Positions 18,002 to 27,908 of a DNA stretch of 64,000 nt are shown here, piece after piece (within the stretch, counting starts at the first letter, position 1; the number at the start of each line of letters is the position of its first letter). The translations under genes and the position numbers were made by a program. The notes below the pieces were generated by a model, which saw only the letters and a list, made by a program, of their open reading frames with translations, was not told the origin of the DNA and did not search any database. The DNA is from a virus (Duplodnaviria > Caudoviricetes). The stretch is from the IMG/VR virus record IMGVR_UViG_3300036778_000017, positions 9,981-73,980 of that record; one strand, 5' to 3'.

Positions 18002-20164
18002 CTAGGCAGCAAGTAACTCAGGAGCCCGGCCCTTGCCGGGCTTTCTTGCGTCTGAGAACGGATACTTGGCCGTTCCCCACGTCTCGCCATACTCCTCGTC
18101 AACGCGCATCGGCACGCTGATTCTGATCGCGTTGCGCATTATCTCACCAATGGCCTGCCCGTCCTTCTCGCGTGTCAGCGAGAACGCGAGCTCATCGTGC
18201 ATCTGAAGCATCGGTATGAAGCCAGCCCGGGCGCACATGGCCATAGCCTTCTTCGTCTGGCGAGCAGCGGAACCCTGGATCAAGCGGTTCATCGCCTTGC
18301 GCGTGTCGGCACGGCGAAGCTTCTTGCCGAACCACGGATGGCCCTTGGTCTCGCAGCGCTCGAGCGCCTCCTCCAGTCGGCAGCTGTTCATGGCGAACTT
18401 GTACGCATAGCCGCGCCGCTTCTCCTCACGGTCCAGCCACTTCGGCTCAAAGTCATCGAAGTGCGATCGCGCCTTGTCGATCATGCGGATGTATCCGCGG
18501 TCCTCGGCATAGCCCTGACACAGCGCGTTCAGCTGCTTGACGAACGGCATCTCGCCGTCGTACTGCCCCATCACCTGCTCCGCCTCATCAAGCGTCATGC
18601 CGGTCATGGCAGCAAACTTCTTGACCCCCGCTCCGTACGCCTTCGCGAAGTTCACGTCCTTGGCGCGGCGTCGAGTGAGACCAGTCATCTCGACCACCAG
18701 ATTGTGGAAGTCGGTGTTCGGGTCACTCAGGTACTTGGCCACGGCCTCGTCGGCCTTCTTGCAGCCGAGTAGAGCAGCGTAGTGCACGATCAGGCGATAC
18801 TCCTGCTGCGAGTAGTCCGGAGCGAACCACAGCTGCCCCCTCTCCGGGAGGAACGCCATGCGCAGATACTTCGCGATCATCTCCGTCGTGTGCCAGCCCT
18901 CCACCGGGTCCGGCCGAGATGGCATCTGCTGAAGCGGGGGTTCCGAATAGCTGAACCGATGCGAGCGTGTTCCACCGTCCTCAGTCTTGAACTGATTGAT
19001 GTTGGCGTGTATGCGGCCCTCGTACACTGAGTTCTTGAGATACGCCCTGACGAACTTGGTCGCGGCCTCGTGGCACTGCTTCGCCTCTGCTATCGCCCGG
19101 GGCAGCGGATGCTCGGACGCGCGCATCCAGTCCTTGCTGAACTCAGTCTCTACCTCGCCGTCCTCGTCCTCGCCGCGCATGTACTCTTCTTCATCCACAC
19201 CGTGGACCTGACATGCCTGGATGAGCCATGACTTCTGGCGTATCTCGTCGATGGACACTCTCTGCTTCGTGATGTCGTATATCTTGTTGAGCGCGAATTG
19301 ATACTGCTTCATGAGCTCGTTCTCGAGCCAGTCCAGCCTCTCCTCGTTGACGCGGACACCACGCTTGCGCATGGCGTGCACCACCGGGATCAATTCCATC
19401 TCTAGATCGTAGGCACCTGTCAGGTCCTGCTCCTCGATCTGCGGTACCATCTTCTCGAATGCCAGCAAAGTCGAGCGCGCGTCCTGTTCGGCATACGGTC
19501 CCACGTATCTGGCTGGCATCTTGGCGAGATACTTCTTGACGTCGTCGCCCTTGTATCCGAAGCTGAACGCTGCGTCTCGCAGCATTGCCTCGTCCTTGCG
19601 CTCTACACCACACCACTCAGCAATGGAGTCCAGGCTGTACGCACTCTTCTGTCCCTTCTTGGCCCTGCGGTTCTCATCAATCATCATGGCCTGACAGCCG
19701 ATGTCATTGATGAACTCGTAGTCCGGTAGCTCGAGACCGAGGCCGCCGCTGTACTCTCCGGCGTTGAACCATCCTAGATCATATCCCGCGTTGCAGAAGA
19801 TGCGACGCTGTCCCTTCTTGGCCCTCAGCAGATGCTGGACCCACTTCTTGGCTCGCGAGCGATCGAAGCAGTTCGTGTCCGGATGTTCGATCGGCACGTA
19901 GATCGAGCGGACCTCTCCGCCCTGTCTCCATGCCGCTGACACACCGGCTATGTATCCTCCAGCTGAGCGAGAGTTGAACGCCCAGCCCGGTCCTGCTCCT
20001 CGTATTATACCATTGTCCAGTTCCTCGCTGTCTATCGCCACGTCCTGGACACGACTGAGGTCTGGCAGTTCCCCCGGCACGACCCAGCTGCTCTCTGGCG
20101 TTATCAGGGGCATCTGGCTCGGATCCAGCTTTGTTCTGCGCGGCTTGATGGATCTTGTCTTCAT
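18002..20164 (-). CDS. polA: DNA polymerase, family A (3'-5' exonuclease + polymerase)
   Basis: exo I AIDSE, exo II NAGYDL, exo III YAEQDA; motif A APDYSQQEYRL, motif B RRAKDVNFAKAYG, motif C LQMHDEL; start refined via ATGA overlap. Confidence 0.95.
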   Translation of the reverse strand: MKTRSIKPRRTKLDPSQMPLITPESSWVVPGELPDLSRVQDVAIDSEELDNGIIRGAGPGWAFNSRSAGGYIAGVSAAWRQGGEVRSIYVPIEHPDTNCFDRSRAKKWVQHLLRAKKGQRRIFCNAGYDLGWFNAGEYSGGLGLELPDYEFINDIGCQAMMIDENRRAKKGQKSAYSLDSIAEWCGVERKDEAMLRDAAFSFGYKGDDVKKYLAKMPARYVGPYAEQDARSTLLAFEKMVPQIEEQDLTGAYDLEMELIPVVHAMRKRGVRVNEERLDWLENELMKQYQFALNKIYDITKQRVSIDEIRQKSWLIQACQVHGVDEEEYMRGEDEDGEVETEFSKDWMRASEHPLPRAIAEAKQCHEAATKFVRAYLKNSVYEGRIHANINQFKTEDGGTRSHRFSYSEPPLQQMPSRPDPVEGWHTTEMIAKYLRMAFLPERGQLWFAPDYSQQEYRLIVHYAALLGCKKADEAVAKYLSDPNTDFHNLVVEMTGLTRRRAKDVNFAKAYGAGVKKFAAMTGMTLDEAEQVMGQYDGEMPFVKQLNALCQGYAEDRGYIRMIDKARSHFDDFEPKWLDREEKRRGYAYKFAMNSCRLEEALERCETKGHPWFGKKLRRADTRKAMNRLIQGSAARQTKKAMAMCARAGFIPMLQMHDELAFSLTREKDGQAIGEIMRNAIRISVPMRVDEEYGETWGTAKYPFSDARKPGKGRAPELLAA
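18023..18047 (+). terminator. intrinsic terminator-like hairpin
   Basis: agcccggc-cctt-gccgggct followed by ttctt. Confidence 0.6.
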
Positions 20165-20340
20165 CTGAACAGCTTGTCTAACAGAGGATACCACGCCACG
20201 CCGACGTAGATTATGAACGTGTACGTGATGTTGAACACCGTGACACTATTGGTCTTGCTGTGCACGTACAGAGGAATGACGATCGCAAAACCCGCGACCG
20301 TCACGTAGTAGTAAGCTCGTACGAGAGCCTCGATGATCAT
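20161..20340 (-). CDS. small membrane protein (59 aa; below the ORF track cut-off)
   Basis: hand translation MIIEALVRAYYYVTVAGFAIVIPLYV..FIIYVGVAWYPLLDKLFR; coupled to both neighbours. Confidence 0.65.
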   Translation of the reverse strand: MIIEALVRAYYYVTVAGFAIVIPLYVHSKTNSVTVFNITYTFIIYVGVAWYPLLDKLFR

Positions 20341-21410
20341 CAGTTGGGCTCACGCGCCCAGTGACTGAAGGTCTCAGACAGCTTGTACTTTCCGTCGCCA
20401 TCGTCCTGATAGTACATGAACTTGAAGTCCTGCCGACTCTCGTCGTACTCCTTCGAGTTCATCTCACGTATCAGCCTCGGGAAGTTATCGTCGATGCTCT
20501 CTGGAACGTGCTGCCTCTTGAGCGCCCAGCGATTGTCTTTTACGTACTCGTAGACATGCGCCAGTTCCCTCGGACAGTGGTGCGCCCCAACTATCGGCTC
20601 CAGCTGGTAGACACCAGATGCCCGCACCGTGTAGAACATGTCGGCCACTGCGCCGACCCTGATCTTCAGCGCGTCGTAGTACGGCTGGTCTATCACCCAC
20701 GGAACGAGGCTCTCGTGCTGCTCGCCACCATCCGGCCCCCGTTCCTCTCCGATATCCCTCGCAACCGTGGCGTCGTCGATGACGTCGGCGGTAGGCGGGG
20801 GCTCGGCAGGTGGATAGAACATGGCGCGAACTCGAGCCTCGACCTCCTCTCGAGACAAGCCCTTGTCGTCGGCTATCATCTGATACACGTCGGTTTCTGG
20901 CTGGTTGTACGTGGACTCGTATGTCCTGCTCTCAGGTTCTACGACGCCGCGTGATATCATCTCTGCCTCGACGAGAATGAGATATCTGCGAAGATCGCGA
21001 CACACCGCCAGCACCGTCCCGTCCTCACCCTTGGGCTTCTCCTCGATCTTTGCGAAGATATCCTCGGACGTCAGGCGATCCCTGAGCAACTCCAGGATCA
21101 TCATGGTCGCTTCGATGCTGCCCGGCAGATCTAACTTGATGCGCTGCCCGTAGTGAACGAAGTTGCGGAACGCGCCGATGGTGCAGTGAATGTTCTCCAT
21201 CGTCTTGACGTGATCTGGAAACTCCTTCGGAGCCATCATCACGAGCAACCGATCGATGTTGCGCTTGGCCATGAACCACGCGCTGCGACCGCCGCTCAGC
21301 TTCCAGCTTCCCTGATACGTCGCCTCCTTGTTCTCCAGCACGGCGCAGTCAGAGAGCGCCACGCTCTCGAGGAAGTTCATGTGGTCCATGTTATGTTCTT
21401 GTCGTGCCAT
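20340..21410 (-). CDS. Nmad1/DUF1599-like (MazG-fold) nucleotide-modification-associated protein with unknown C-terminal region
   Basis: KEATYQGSWKLSGGRSAWFMAKRNIDRL pattern; genomic context. Confidence 0.6.
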   Translation of the reverse strand: MARQEHNMDHMNFLESVALSDCAVLENKEATYQGSWKLSGGRSAWFMAKRNIDRLLVMMAPKEFPDHVKTMENIHCTIGAFRNFVHYGQRIKLDLPGSIEATMMILELLRDRLTSEDIFAKIEEKPKGEDGTVLAVCRDLRRYLILVEAEMISRGVVEPESRTYESTYNQPETDVYQMIADDKGLSREEVEARVRAMFYPPAEPPPTADVIDDATVARDIGEERGPDGGEQHESLVPWVIDQPYYDALKIRVGAVADMFYTVRASGVYQLEPIVGAHHCPRELAHVYEYVKDNRWALKRQHVPESIDDNFPRLIREMNSKEYDESRQDFKFMYYQDDGDGKYKLSETFSHWAREPN

Positions 21411-21966
21411 ACTCTGTCTCCATCTGGGTGCGTGTCTTCATGTAGCGGTGTATCGCCGGGATCAGTGACTCGTGATCCCGGTACTCCTTGGTGTCTCTCA
21501 TGCCCTCTAGATCGATGAGATTGGCAGACACGGCGTTCATCATGCGATCGATGATCGTGATGGCGTACTTGTTGCCCATGTTGTACTCGCGCCAGCCGTG
21601 CTCCCACATCTCGATGTTCTCGCATGCCTTGAACACGTGGCGCTCGAACTGTGAGAGTGGATGCTTCAGCTGAGGAACACCGATTCGCTCGTTCTGCAGC
21701 TTCTCCACGATGTTCTCGGCCTTCTGCATCGCAGGCCGGAGCTCGCCGATCATGATCTTGAACGGGTACGGTATGTCGCCGGCCATCTCGCCCATGTCGT
21801 GCTTCACCGTGTAGATCAGAATGTGACGTGGCGCTGATGGCCACACCGTTAGAATGATGCGCAGGATCTGCCACGAGTGCTCGCCTACGGACTGCTGATT
21901 ATGGACCGCCCACGTGTGATAGCGCCGGATTTCTCCTGACGCCCTCGGGTCCTCCGTGAGGTTCAT
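21391..21966 (-). CDS. HD-domain 5'-deoxynucleotidase-like (YfbR-like)
   Basis: IRRYHT..QSVGEHSW..KHDMGE..GDIPYP. Confidence 0.85.
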   Translation of the reverse strand: MNLTEDPRASGEIRRYHTWAVHNQQSVGEHSWQILRIILTVWPSAPRHILIYTVKHDMGEMAGDIPYPFKIMIGELRPAMQKAENIVEKLQNERIGVPQLKHPLSQFERHVFKACENIEMWEHGWREYNMGNKYAITIIDRMMNAVSANLIDLEGMRDTKEYRDHESLIPAIHRYMKTRTQMETEYGTTRT

Positions 21967-23030
21967 CGGGACCTCGGGTTCGTGCGATGCTCGAACCACT
22001 GGATGACAGCCTGTCGCCAGTCCTCGGCCTCGATCATGAACGCCATGTCGCGGGCGGAGTGGCGCATGGCAGACTTCCAGCGATTGTGCGCGATGAAGAT
22101 CGGCTCCGCGGTATTGCGGAACCATGAGTTCTTGTAGTCGTGCACCGTGGTCTCGACGCCCTCTGTCACGAGGTTCTTCTGCCACTCCATGAACTTCTTG
22201 AGATCAGCGTCGAAGAAGTCCCATTCCTTGGCCATGGGCAGCGCTCGGATCTTCAGGCCCTCGTAGGTGCTCAGTGTCGGCTCGGTCCCTACCTTCTCGA
22301 GCGTCTCCTCGTACGCGTGATAATTCCAGGACATCTGGTACATCTTGCCGACCAGCACGCCAACCCGGCCTGCCATGTACTCCTGCAAGATGCTGAAGTG
22401 AACGGCGTTGGCACCATACGCCCCGAGCACGATATCGTTGCTCCTGCACGAGATGAACATGTCCAGGAATGGCAACGGTTCGTCAGCGAAGACCTCCTTC
22501 CGAACCCGGAAGTAGACGTGAGTATTGCACGGCCGATCCTTCCAGACGCCATTCAGGTCGTTGGCTCCGTACTGAATATCGCACTCGCCGACCCTGCATC
22601 CCTGCTCGCGGGCATCCCACATCTGCAGAACGCACTGTCTGTCATCGTCCCTGAAGCGGAGGCGCTGAACGATGTGCTCCAGCTGATCGAAGCCCAGCGC
22701 CTGTCGCCATCGATGACCATACGCGCCGTGAACGCGGCCGTCCTCCTCGGCGAACCGAGTACCGAAGTCCGTGATGTATCTGTTCAGGGCGCTCACGTCG
22801 TCGCGCCCCGACAGCATCCATAGCGACTCGAACAGATGGAAGAACGGATTAGCCCCGCGCTTCTGGTCGAAGAGCACGCGCTGGGTCGGCTTGCGGTACA
22901 CGCTTGTCACCGGCATCGACATCACGCGCACCGGGCCGTTTCTGCTCGTCTCCCTTCGTCCCTCCGCGCCCATCAGACGCATGCCGCGCCAGTATAGCTC
23001 GTTGACGTCCTCACCCTCAATTACGTGCAC
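21963..23030 (-). CDS. thymidylate synthase-family enzyme, probable dUMP hydroxymethylase
   Basis: catalytic RPCN; RSND..GAN with Asn at the dUMP-specificity position; YHAY; linked to hmU kinase genes; start refined to GTG 23030. Confidence 0.85.
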   Translation of the reverse strand: MHVIEGEDVNELYWRGMRLMGAEGRRETSRNGPVRVMSMPVTSVYRKPTQRVLFDQKRGANPFFHLFESLWMLSGRDDVSALNRYITDFGTRFAEEDGRVHGAYGHRWRQALGFDQLEHIVQRLRFRDDDRQCVLQMWDAREQGCRVGECDIQYGANDLNGVWKDRPCNTHVYFRVRKEVFADEPLPFLDMFISCRSNDIVLGAYGANAVHFSILQEYMAGRVGVLVGKMYQMSWNYHAYEETLEKVGTEPTLSTYEGLKIRALPMAKEWDFFDADLKKFMEWQKNLVTEGVETTVHDYKNSWFRNTAEPIFIAHNRWKSAMRHSARDMAFMIEAEDWRQAVIQWFEHRTNPRSR

Positions 23031-23328
23031 TTGGTCCTCCTTCCTTGCTCTCCTGAATGATCTGATGCAGCGCTGCCGGAGTGGTCCGCGACATCTTGTC
23101 AATGTGCTTCGCGACCGCGTTGATGGTCTTGGTCTCCTGAAGATACAGCGTCTCATCGTAGGACAGCACTGTCACGTGCACCAGCCTCGCGACGATCTGC
23201 TCGACCGCGAATGCTATCATCTCCGGACACAGCCCCTCGAAGGTGTCGATCGCGTCGCATACCACCTGCTCAGCGTAGTCTTTTATGACCTGCTGCTTCT
23301 CAATGTCATCGATACATCTACACAGCAT
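23017..23328 (-). CDS. hypothetical protein
   Basis: coupled ORF between the UDG-like and TS genes. Confidence 0.6.
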   Translation of the reverse strand: MLCRCIDDIEKQQVIKDYAEQVVCDAIDTFEGLCPEMIAFAVEQIVARLVHVTVLSYDETLYLQETKTINAVAKHIDKMSRTTPAALHQIIQESKEGGPSARN

Positions 23329-23776
23329 TGTAGAGCTCCTCTAGGAGCGCTGCCACCAGCGCTCTGTTGTTCTCGTCATTGTACCAGAAATTCCTGCCGC
23401 TCGGATGCGGGATCTGCCGCCACGTCGAGCCCCCGATCACCTGCGGATGGAGCAGGAGGCGGGGGTGGCCGAACGCGGCGACTGTGTCAGCGCCGAGGAG
23501 GACGATGACACGACCACTTCCGAAGAACTCGCTGTACAGTCTGTCGGCTCCCTCACGAGCCATCTTCTTGTTGAAGATCCTTGCGTTCATGACGTTGCGC
23601 CTGTCGAAGCGATCGAGATACTGCTGACGGCGCACGTCAGGCACTCTCGTCTCGAGCATCTTGAACAGGCGATGTCCAGTGCATCCCTCAGGCGCTGGGA
23701 ACAGAGCATACTTGGGGTCGTCGTGAAGAGGATTGTTCATCCCGATCAGGACCGGTCTCTTGTCTACTTTCTTCAT
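23318..23776 (-). CDS. uracil-DNA glycosylase superfamily protein
   Basis: VLIGMNNP..TGHRLFKML..IVLLG..IPHPSGRNFWY; start refined to MKKVDK. Confidence 0.7.
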   Translation of the reverse strand: MKKVDKRPVLIGMNNPLHDDPKYALFPAPEGCTGHRLFKMLETRVPDVRRQQYLDRFDRRNVMNARIFNKKMAREGADRLYSEFFGSGRVIVLLGADTVAAFGHPRLLLHPQVIGGSTWRQIPHPSGRNFWYNDENNRALVAALLEELYNAV

Positions 23777-23827
23777 GCTCTTATTCTCGCCTGCCTCGTG
23801 TTCCGGTACAAGCAACCCCTGCGGGGC

Positions 23828-23836
23828 TGTGCATAA
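23828..23836 (-). promoter_or_regulatory. DnaA box (TGTGCATAA on +)
   Basis: within a 19-bp inverted copy of 1824-1842; about 50 nt upstream of the UDG-like start. Confidence 0.6.
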
Positions 23837-23839
23837 CTT

Positions 23840-24789
23840 TTACTTGAGACCCATGAAGATCAGGTTGTCAACGGCTACGCGTCTCTTGTCGTGCTTCAGG
23901 CCGAGGTCGTCCATTGCCTTGAAAAGCCTGATGGTCACGCGCCACGCCTGCTCGACCATCATCTGCTGTTGTGTGTCCTGAGGCTCCATGGAGTATTGAA
24001 TGGCCATCTCCCTCGCGATGGCTGGATCGAGCTCCTGTCTCACGACATTGCGATGCCAGTTCTCCAGCTGCGCTGCCAGAATGATTATGTTCATGTGATG
24101 CGCGATCGGTGGAAGGTCTGCAATCTTGATGCTAGTCATCTCAACAACTCCACGAGGCGTTCCATGTGATCAGCGGCGATCCTCGTTTTCTCGGCCGCGT
24201 ACTGTATCCTCTTCATGCTCATCTTTCGCGTGGCCAGCATGGTCACCAGCTGGAAGCCAGCCTCGCTGTGGACCTTGTGCGCGAGCACGAGCTCCTTCTC
24301 AATGTCTACTGGCGAACTCGCGGAGGAAGGATTTGTCTTCTTCCGAGAGGTCTTCTCTGTCGACTGCTCGAGCGACAAGCGCATCTGCCGCTCCGTCACC
24401 GTGGACGCGGTCGTAGAAGCGCTTTGCTTTTTCGACGCGACGCCTCTCGTGACGGTTCGTGCTCGTGACGTCCCTCCACGTGGTGTCTTCGCCTTGCTGG
24501 CCACGGTTGATCTTCTCCAGTTGTCTCTTGGCATTGACCCTGCGACGCTCCTTGTCGCTGAGCGTTGAGTAGCTCATCTGATAGAGACCTCCATTCCATT
24601 CACGATCATGATCTTTTCTCCAGAACCTCTCATGACGAACGCCTCGAATGTCTTGAGCTCCCACTGGAGCGCACCCTCGACGGCGTGCCGCTTCCCATCC
24701 TTGGTCTCGATCACTAGTCGCACGTCCTCAGACTGTCCGTTGGCGATCAGCCAGACCCTGAGTGCCTCCACTATCATGGAGAAATTCAT
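23840..24789 (-). other. three small hypothetical genes (23840-24139; one of the overlapping ORFs 24136-24534 / 24299-24664; 24574-~24789)
   Basis: minus-strand ORFs; frame choice in 24136-24664 is ambiguous. Confidence 0.45.
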
Positions 24790-25031
24790 GACGTCCTCCA
24801 CGGCAGGCTCTGGTCGAATGCCTTGCTGAAGTGTCGTATCCTGCAGACCTGGAAGTGCCTCTCTGCCTGTCGATCGAGACACCAGCCCACGATGTACCAC
24901 TGCGAGCCATCGTGAGGATAATACTTGCTCTCGAGAAACCGAATGCCGGTAGGCACCACGCGCCGTTCCTCGTCATATCCCTCGTGATTGACATAGTCGA
25001 ATGTCACGACTTTCCCGTCCCAGACGCTCAT
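24786..25031 (-). CDS. stand-alone WYL-domain protein
   Basis: VTFDYVNHEG..RRVVPTGI..QWYIVGWCLDRQAERHFQVCRI. Confidence 0.85.
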   Translation of the reverse strand: MSVWDGKVVTFDYVNHEGYDEERRVVPTGIRFLESKYYPHDGSQWYIVGWCLDRQAERHFQVCRIRHFSKAFDQSLPWRTS

Positions 25032-25367
25032 GTGTCGTCACCTCCTCTACACTCCTTGCAGATCCAGGCAGCCGTGCCCATCTGTGTCGTGTACATGTGA
25101 CACGAGCGCCATCGACGACAGCACTCGCACTCGATCTCGATCGGAGCCTTCGTGAGCCTGCTCATCGCGGCATCTCCATCACGAAGTAGACGTCGTCTGG
25201 CCGCTCAGCGATGGCTGTCTTCATGGCAGCTGACGCCTCCTTGGCCGTGGCGTGAGCCGATAGGAAGCGTGCCAGCACCACCCGGAACGGGAACTCCTTG
25301 TCCGGTCTGCGTTGCGTGGCAGCTACCTTCTTCGCAACGGCCTTCTTGTTCACCTTGGGCTTCTTCA

Positions 25368-25964
25368 TCACTTCCTCCCCAGAAGCAGAATGTGCCAGTT
25401 GCCGCCGCGAAACAGGACCGTCTCCTCGACGTCCCATCCCAGCTGCCTGATCAGGGCCAAGAACGGACGCTTGGCGTGCTCCGACGTGTTCGACTTCGGC
25501 AGGTACTTCTCGCCGAAGCGAATGGTGCACACGATGTTCTTCTTGGCGACGCGGCAGATCTCCTTTACCGTGGCACGCATGCCGTCCTGATCGATCAGGT
25601 CCAGAAAGCGCACGCAGATCACCATGTCTGCCGACTTGTCCTTCACCTCTAGGTTCGTGGCAGATCCCTGCTCCAGCTGAATGTGCTTCGCCTTGGCCCC
25701 GCGAAGTTTCTTCTTGGCGAGGTCGAGCATCGCCTCGCTGATATCGATGCCGAGCACCGTGCACGATGCCTTCGCATAGTCCTCGAAGAACCGGCCGGTT
25801 CCCACTGGAACGTCCAGGACTGTCCTTGGTTTCAGCTCCGCGATCCACGCTCCAACCGTCTCGTTCTCGAGGTTCCAGCGCGCCTGCTTCTTGCGAATGT
25901 CCTCGTACGTCTCGGCCTTGCGGCCGCGATACTTCTTGCTCGTCTGCTGCAGACTGACCATCAC
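25368..25964 (-). CDS. class I SAM-dependent methyltransferase
   Basis: motif I VLDVPVGTGRF; GIDISEAML; GSATNL; ADMVICVRFL. Lacks DPPY/NPPY/PC DNA-MTase motifs. Confidence 0.9.
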   Translation of the reverse strand: MMVSLQQTSKKYRGRKAETYEDIRKKQARWNLENETVGAWIAELKPRTVLDVPVGTGRFFEDYAKASCTVLGIDISEAMLDLAKKKLRGAKAKHIQLEQGSATNLEVKDKSADMVICVRFLDLIDQDGMRATVKEICRVAKKNIVCTIRFGEKYLPKSNTSEHAKRPFLALIRQLGWDVEETVLFRGGNWHILLLGRK

Positions 25965-26506
25965 TCATCTCCATCGTGCGGCCCGAGCCACCGCCTGATC
26001 ACCTCGAAGCAGGCGTCTCGGTCGCCCACCACTGTCTCGCAGTGAAAGTTCACCGCGTCTCGGTGAACCTTGTCGTACGTCTTCTTGATCGACTTCTCGG
26101 CGATCCTGTGCCCACGCTTGCGCACGTCTCTGAGGCACGTGGCCACGTCCGTGTTGAGCACGACGACGCGAACTTCGAACTTCTCAGCCACGAGCTCGTT
26201 GACACGAGCCACGCCATCGCTCATGTTCTTCCCCTCCATGATGACGTCGTGGCCAGACCGAGCCGCCCAGCGCGCGATCTCGTATGCCTCGTCAAGCGAC
26301 TTCAGCGTGTCGATGCCCCCGTTCGCAATCTGGTAGTGACCGGGGGTCACGAGACACTTCCCAGCGACGGTTCGGCCGTGCAGCGTGTACAGCGGCTTGA
26401 CGCGAGGCGGAGCCATGAGATCGCGATGCTTCGTGTAGAGCGCCACGACGCGTCGCACCAGATGGCTCTTGCCGGAGCCAGATGTTCCCCTGACTGATAT
26501 GATCAT
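25961..26506 (-). CDS. P-loop kinase, 5-hmU DNA kinase P-loop domain-like
   Basis: IISVRGTSGSGKS Walker A; GGIDT; VIMEG; CLRDVRKRG lid; next to the helical kinase partner. Confidence 0.8.
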   Translation of the reverse strand: MIISVRGTSGSGKSHLVRRVVALYTKHRDLMAPPRVKPLYTLHGRTVAGKCLVTPGHYQIANGGIDTLKSLDEAYEIARWAARSGHDVIMEGKNMSDGVARVNELVAEKFEVRVVVLNTDVATCLRDVRKRGHRIAEKSIKKTYDKVHRDAVNFHCETVVGDRDACFEVIRRWLGPHDGDE

Positions 26507-27498
26507 AGCCCTGCCGCCAGCCTCGCCTTGTCCAGTTGGTCCACGAGGCGAATGTAGAAGTCGCCACGGTTCCACTCGCGACGCTGCTCCCTGCCGATGT
26601 CCTCGCGATTGGCCATGAAGCGCTTCACGTCGATTGCCTTGCTGACCACGTACGGATCGGGATTGAACCCGGCCTTGCGAAGCATGCTGCCCGACTCTGG
26701 CTGGAACACCATCGGCAGTCCCGCGCTCAGCATCTCGTAGAACCGATTGGCCGGCGAGTGGAACTCCTCGCTGGACTTGCGGTCCTCGATGTACAGGCCG
26801 AGGCCAAACGAGCCGAGCGCACCGTAGAAGTTCTCGCCGATGGCTCCCATGTGCCGACACAGCGGATACTTCTTGGCGAACTTGTCTACCGGACTACTGA
26901 TCACAGTCTCGACCGCAGGGCGAGTGAAGTAGCGATCGAACAGCGGCACGCGACTAGACTTGCCGCTCCCGTCGCGGAACGAGCCGTAGTACAGAAGCGT
27001 GTCCTTGGCATCGGCGCGCCGCTTCTTGATCTTGCTCTCGCTGTACTGCTGGTCGAACGTCAGCATGTTCCAGTTGACGTAGTGACTGCCGGGCAGCGTG
27101 TACCACTTCTCGCACGTGCTCCAGAAGATCGTGCGCTCCTTCCCCTCCTTCTTTCGCGTGACGAACGCCTTGCGGAATGGTGACTCGGCACCAGCATCGT
27201 CCTTCGGCGGGATGATGGTGTAGTCGTTCTGGACCCACACCACGCGCTTCGCACCGAGGATCGCTCGAGACAGAGGCTCAAGAACCTTGCTGAACCCATA
27301 CGCGCCGTTCACTATGATCAGCACGTCTAGGTTCGTCATGTCGCCGATCTCAGCACCGCACACCAGCGGAATGTCAGACATGGTCATGTCGCCGAGTGTC
27401 TTCTGCAGCCAGCGCGCTATTCGCACGCTCGCGACCATGCTGTTCTCGCTGATGCGCACGAAACTGAACATCGCGATTTTCTTCTTTCTACCCGCCAA
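26503..27498 (-). CDS. GT-B glycosyltransferase, T4 beta-glucosyltransferase-like
   Basis: LDVLIIVNG..F, VWVQND, LLYYGSFR and SPANRFYEMLSAGLPMVF parallel T4 BGT segments as recalled (DRLIVVNS, LRVWETMAS); TTG start with GGAGG RBS. Confidence 0.75.
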   Translation of the reverse strand: MAGRKKKIAMFSFVRISENSMVASVRIARWLQKTLGDMTMSDIPLVCGAEIGDMTNLDVLIIVNGAYGFSKVLEPLSRAILGAKRVVWVQNDYTIIPPKDDAGAESPFRKAFVTRKKEGKERTIFWSTCEKWYTLPGSHYVNWNMLTFDQQYSESKIKKRRADAKDTLLYYGSFRDGSGKSSRVPLFDRYFTRPAVETVISSPVDKFAKKYPLCRHMGAIGENFYGALGSFGLGLYIEDRKSSEEFHSPANRFYEMLSAGLPMVFQPESGSMLRKAGFNPDPYVVSKAIDVKRFMANREDIGREQRREWNRGDFYIRLVDQLDKARLAAGL

Positions 27499-27507
27499 TT
27501 CTTCCTC

Positions 27508-27672
27508 CTACCCGCTGAGTGTTTCAGTTGCCGCCCCGACGTACTGTTCCCAGCTGTCGTCAGGTATCTTGAGAATGATGACCCTGAGCCAAGTCCAGTG
27601 CAACATCTCGACTGGATTGATCAGCTTGTTCTTGTGATCATCAATCAACTTCAGTGCTTCTTCCTTTGTCAT
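27508..27672 (-). CDS. small hypothetical protein (54 aa)
   Basis: hand translation MTKEEALKLIDDHKNKLINPVEMLHWTWLRVII..; coupled to the upstream ORF. Confidence 0.6.
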   Translation of the reverse strand: MTKEEALKLIDDHKNKLINPVEMLHWTWLRVIILKIPDDSWEQYVGAATETLSG

Positions 27673-27908
27673 CTCTTGAATTCCCACGTACAGGTCGCCT
27701 TGTCGCCCGGGCGAACGTCAGGCTTGTTGTCACAGCGCACGGCGGTTCGGCTGTCCACGAACGTGATCCACCAGCCGTCCGATACCTCCCTAGTGCTGGC
27801 GTCCGGCCCCGTGCCTCCGGCCCACTCAGTCCGGAAGCGCTCGACGACGTCCTTCACCGTGCAGACCTGCACGTACTGCGTGATCTTCTCGCTCACTACC
27901 TCAGGCAC
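27669..27908 (-). CDS. hypothetical protein
   Basis: 79 aa, overlaps both neighbours. Confidence 0.6.
   Translation of the reverse strand: MPEVVSEKITQYVQVCTVKDVVERFRTEWAGGTGPDASTREVSDGWWITFVDSRTAVRCDNKPDVRPGDKATCTWEFKR

Noticed and set aside
18002-20164. Intein or intron in the polymerase, helicases or primase
   Set aside because: Lengths are normal, motifs are contiguous, and no homing endonuclease signature was seen.
21963-23030. dCMP hydroxymethylase (T4 gp42-like), which would suit a BGT-like partner
   Set aside because: The specificity position holds Asn (dUMP-type), not Asp, and the linked kinase genes belong to the hmU pathway. An ordinary thymidylate synthase is not formally excluded.
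25368-25964. Conventional DNA adenine or cytosine methyltransferase
   Set aside because: No DPPY/NPPY or PC catalytic motif and too short; it looks like a small-molecule class I methyltransferase.
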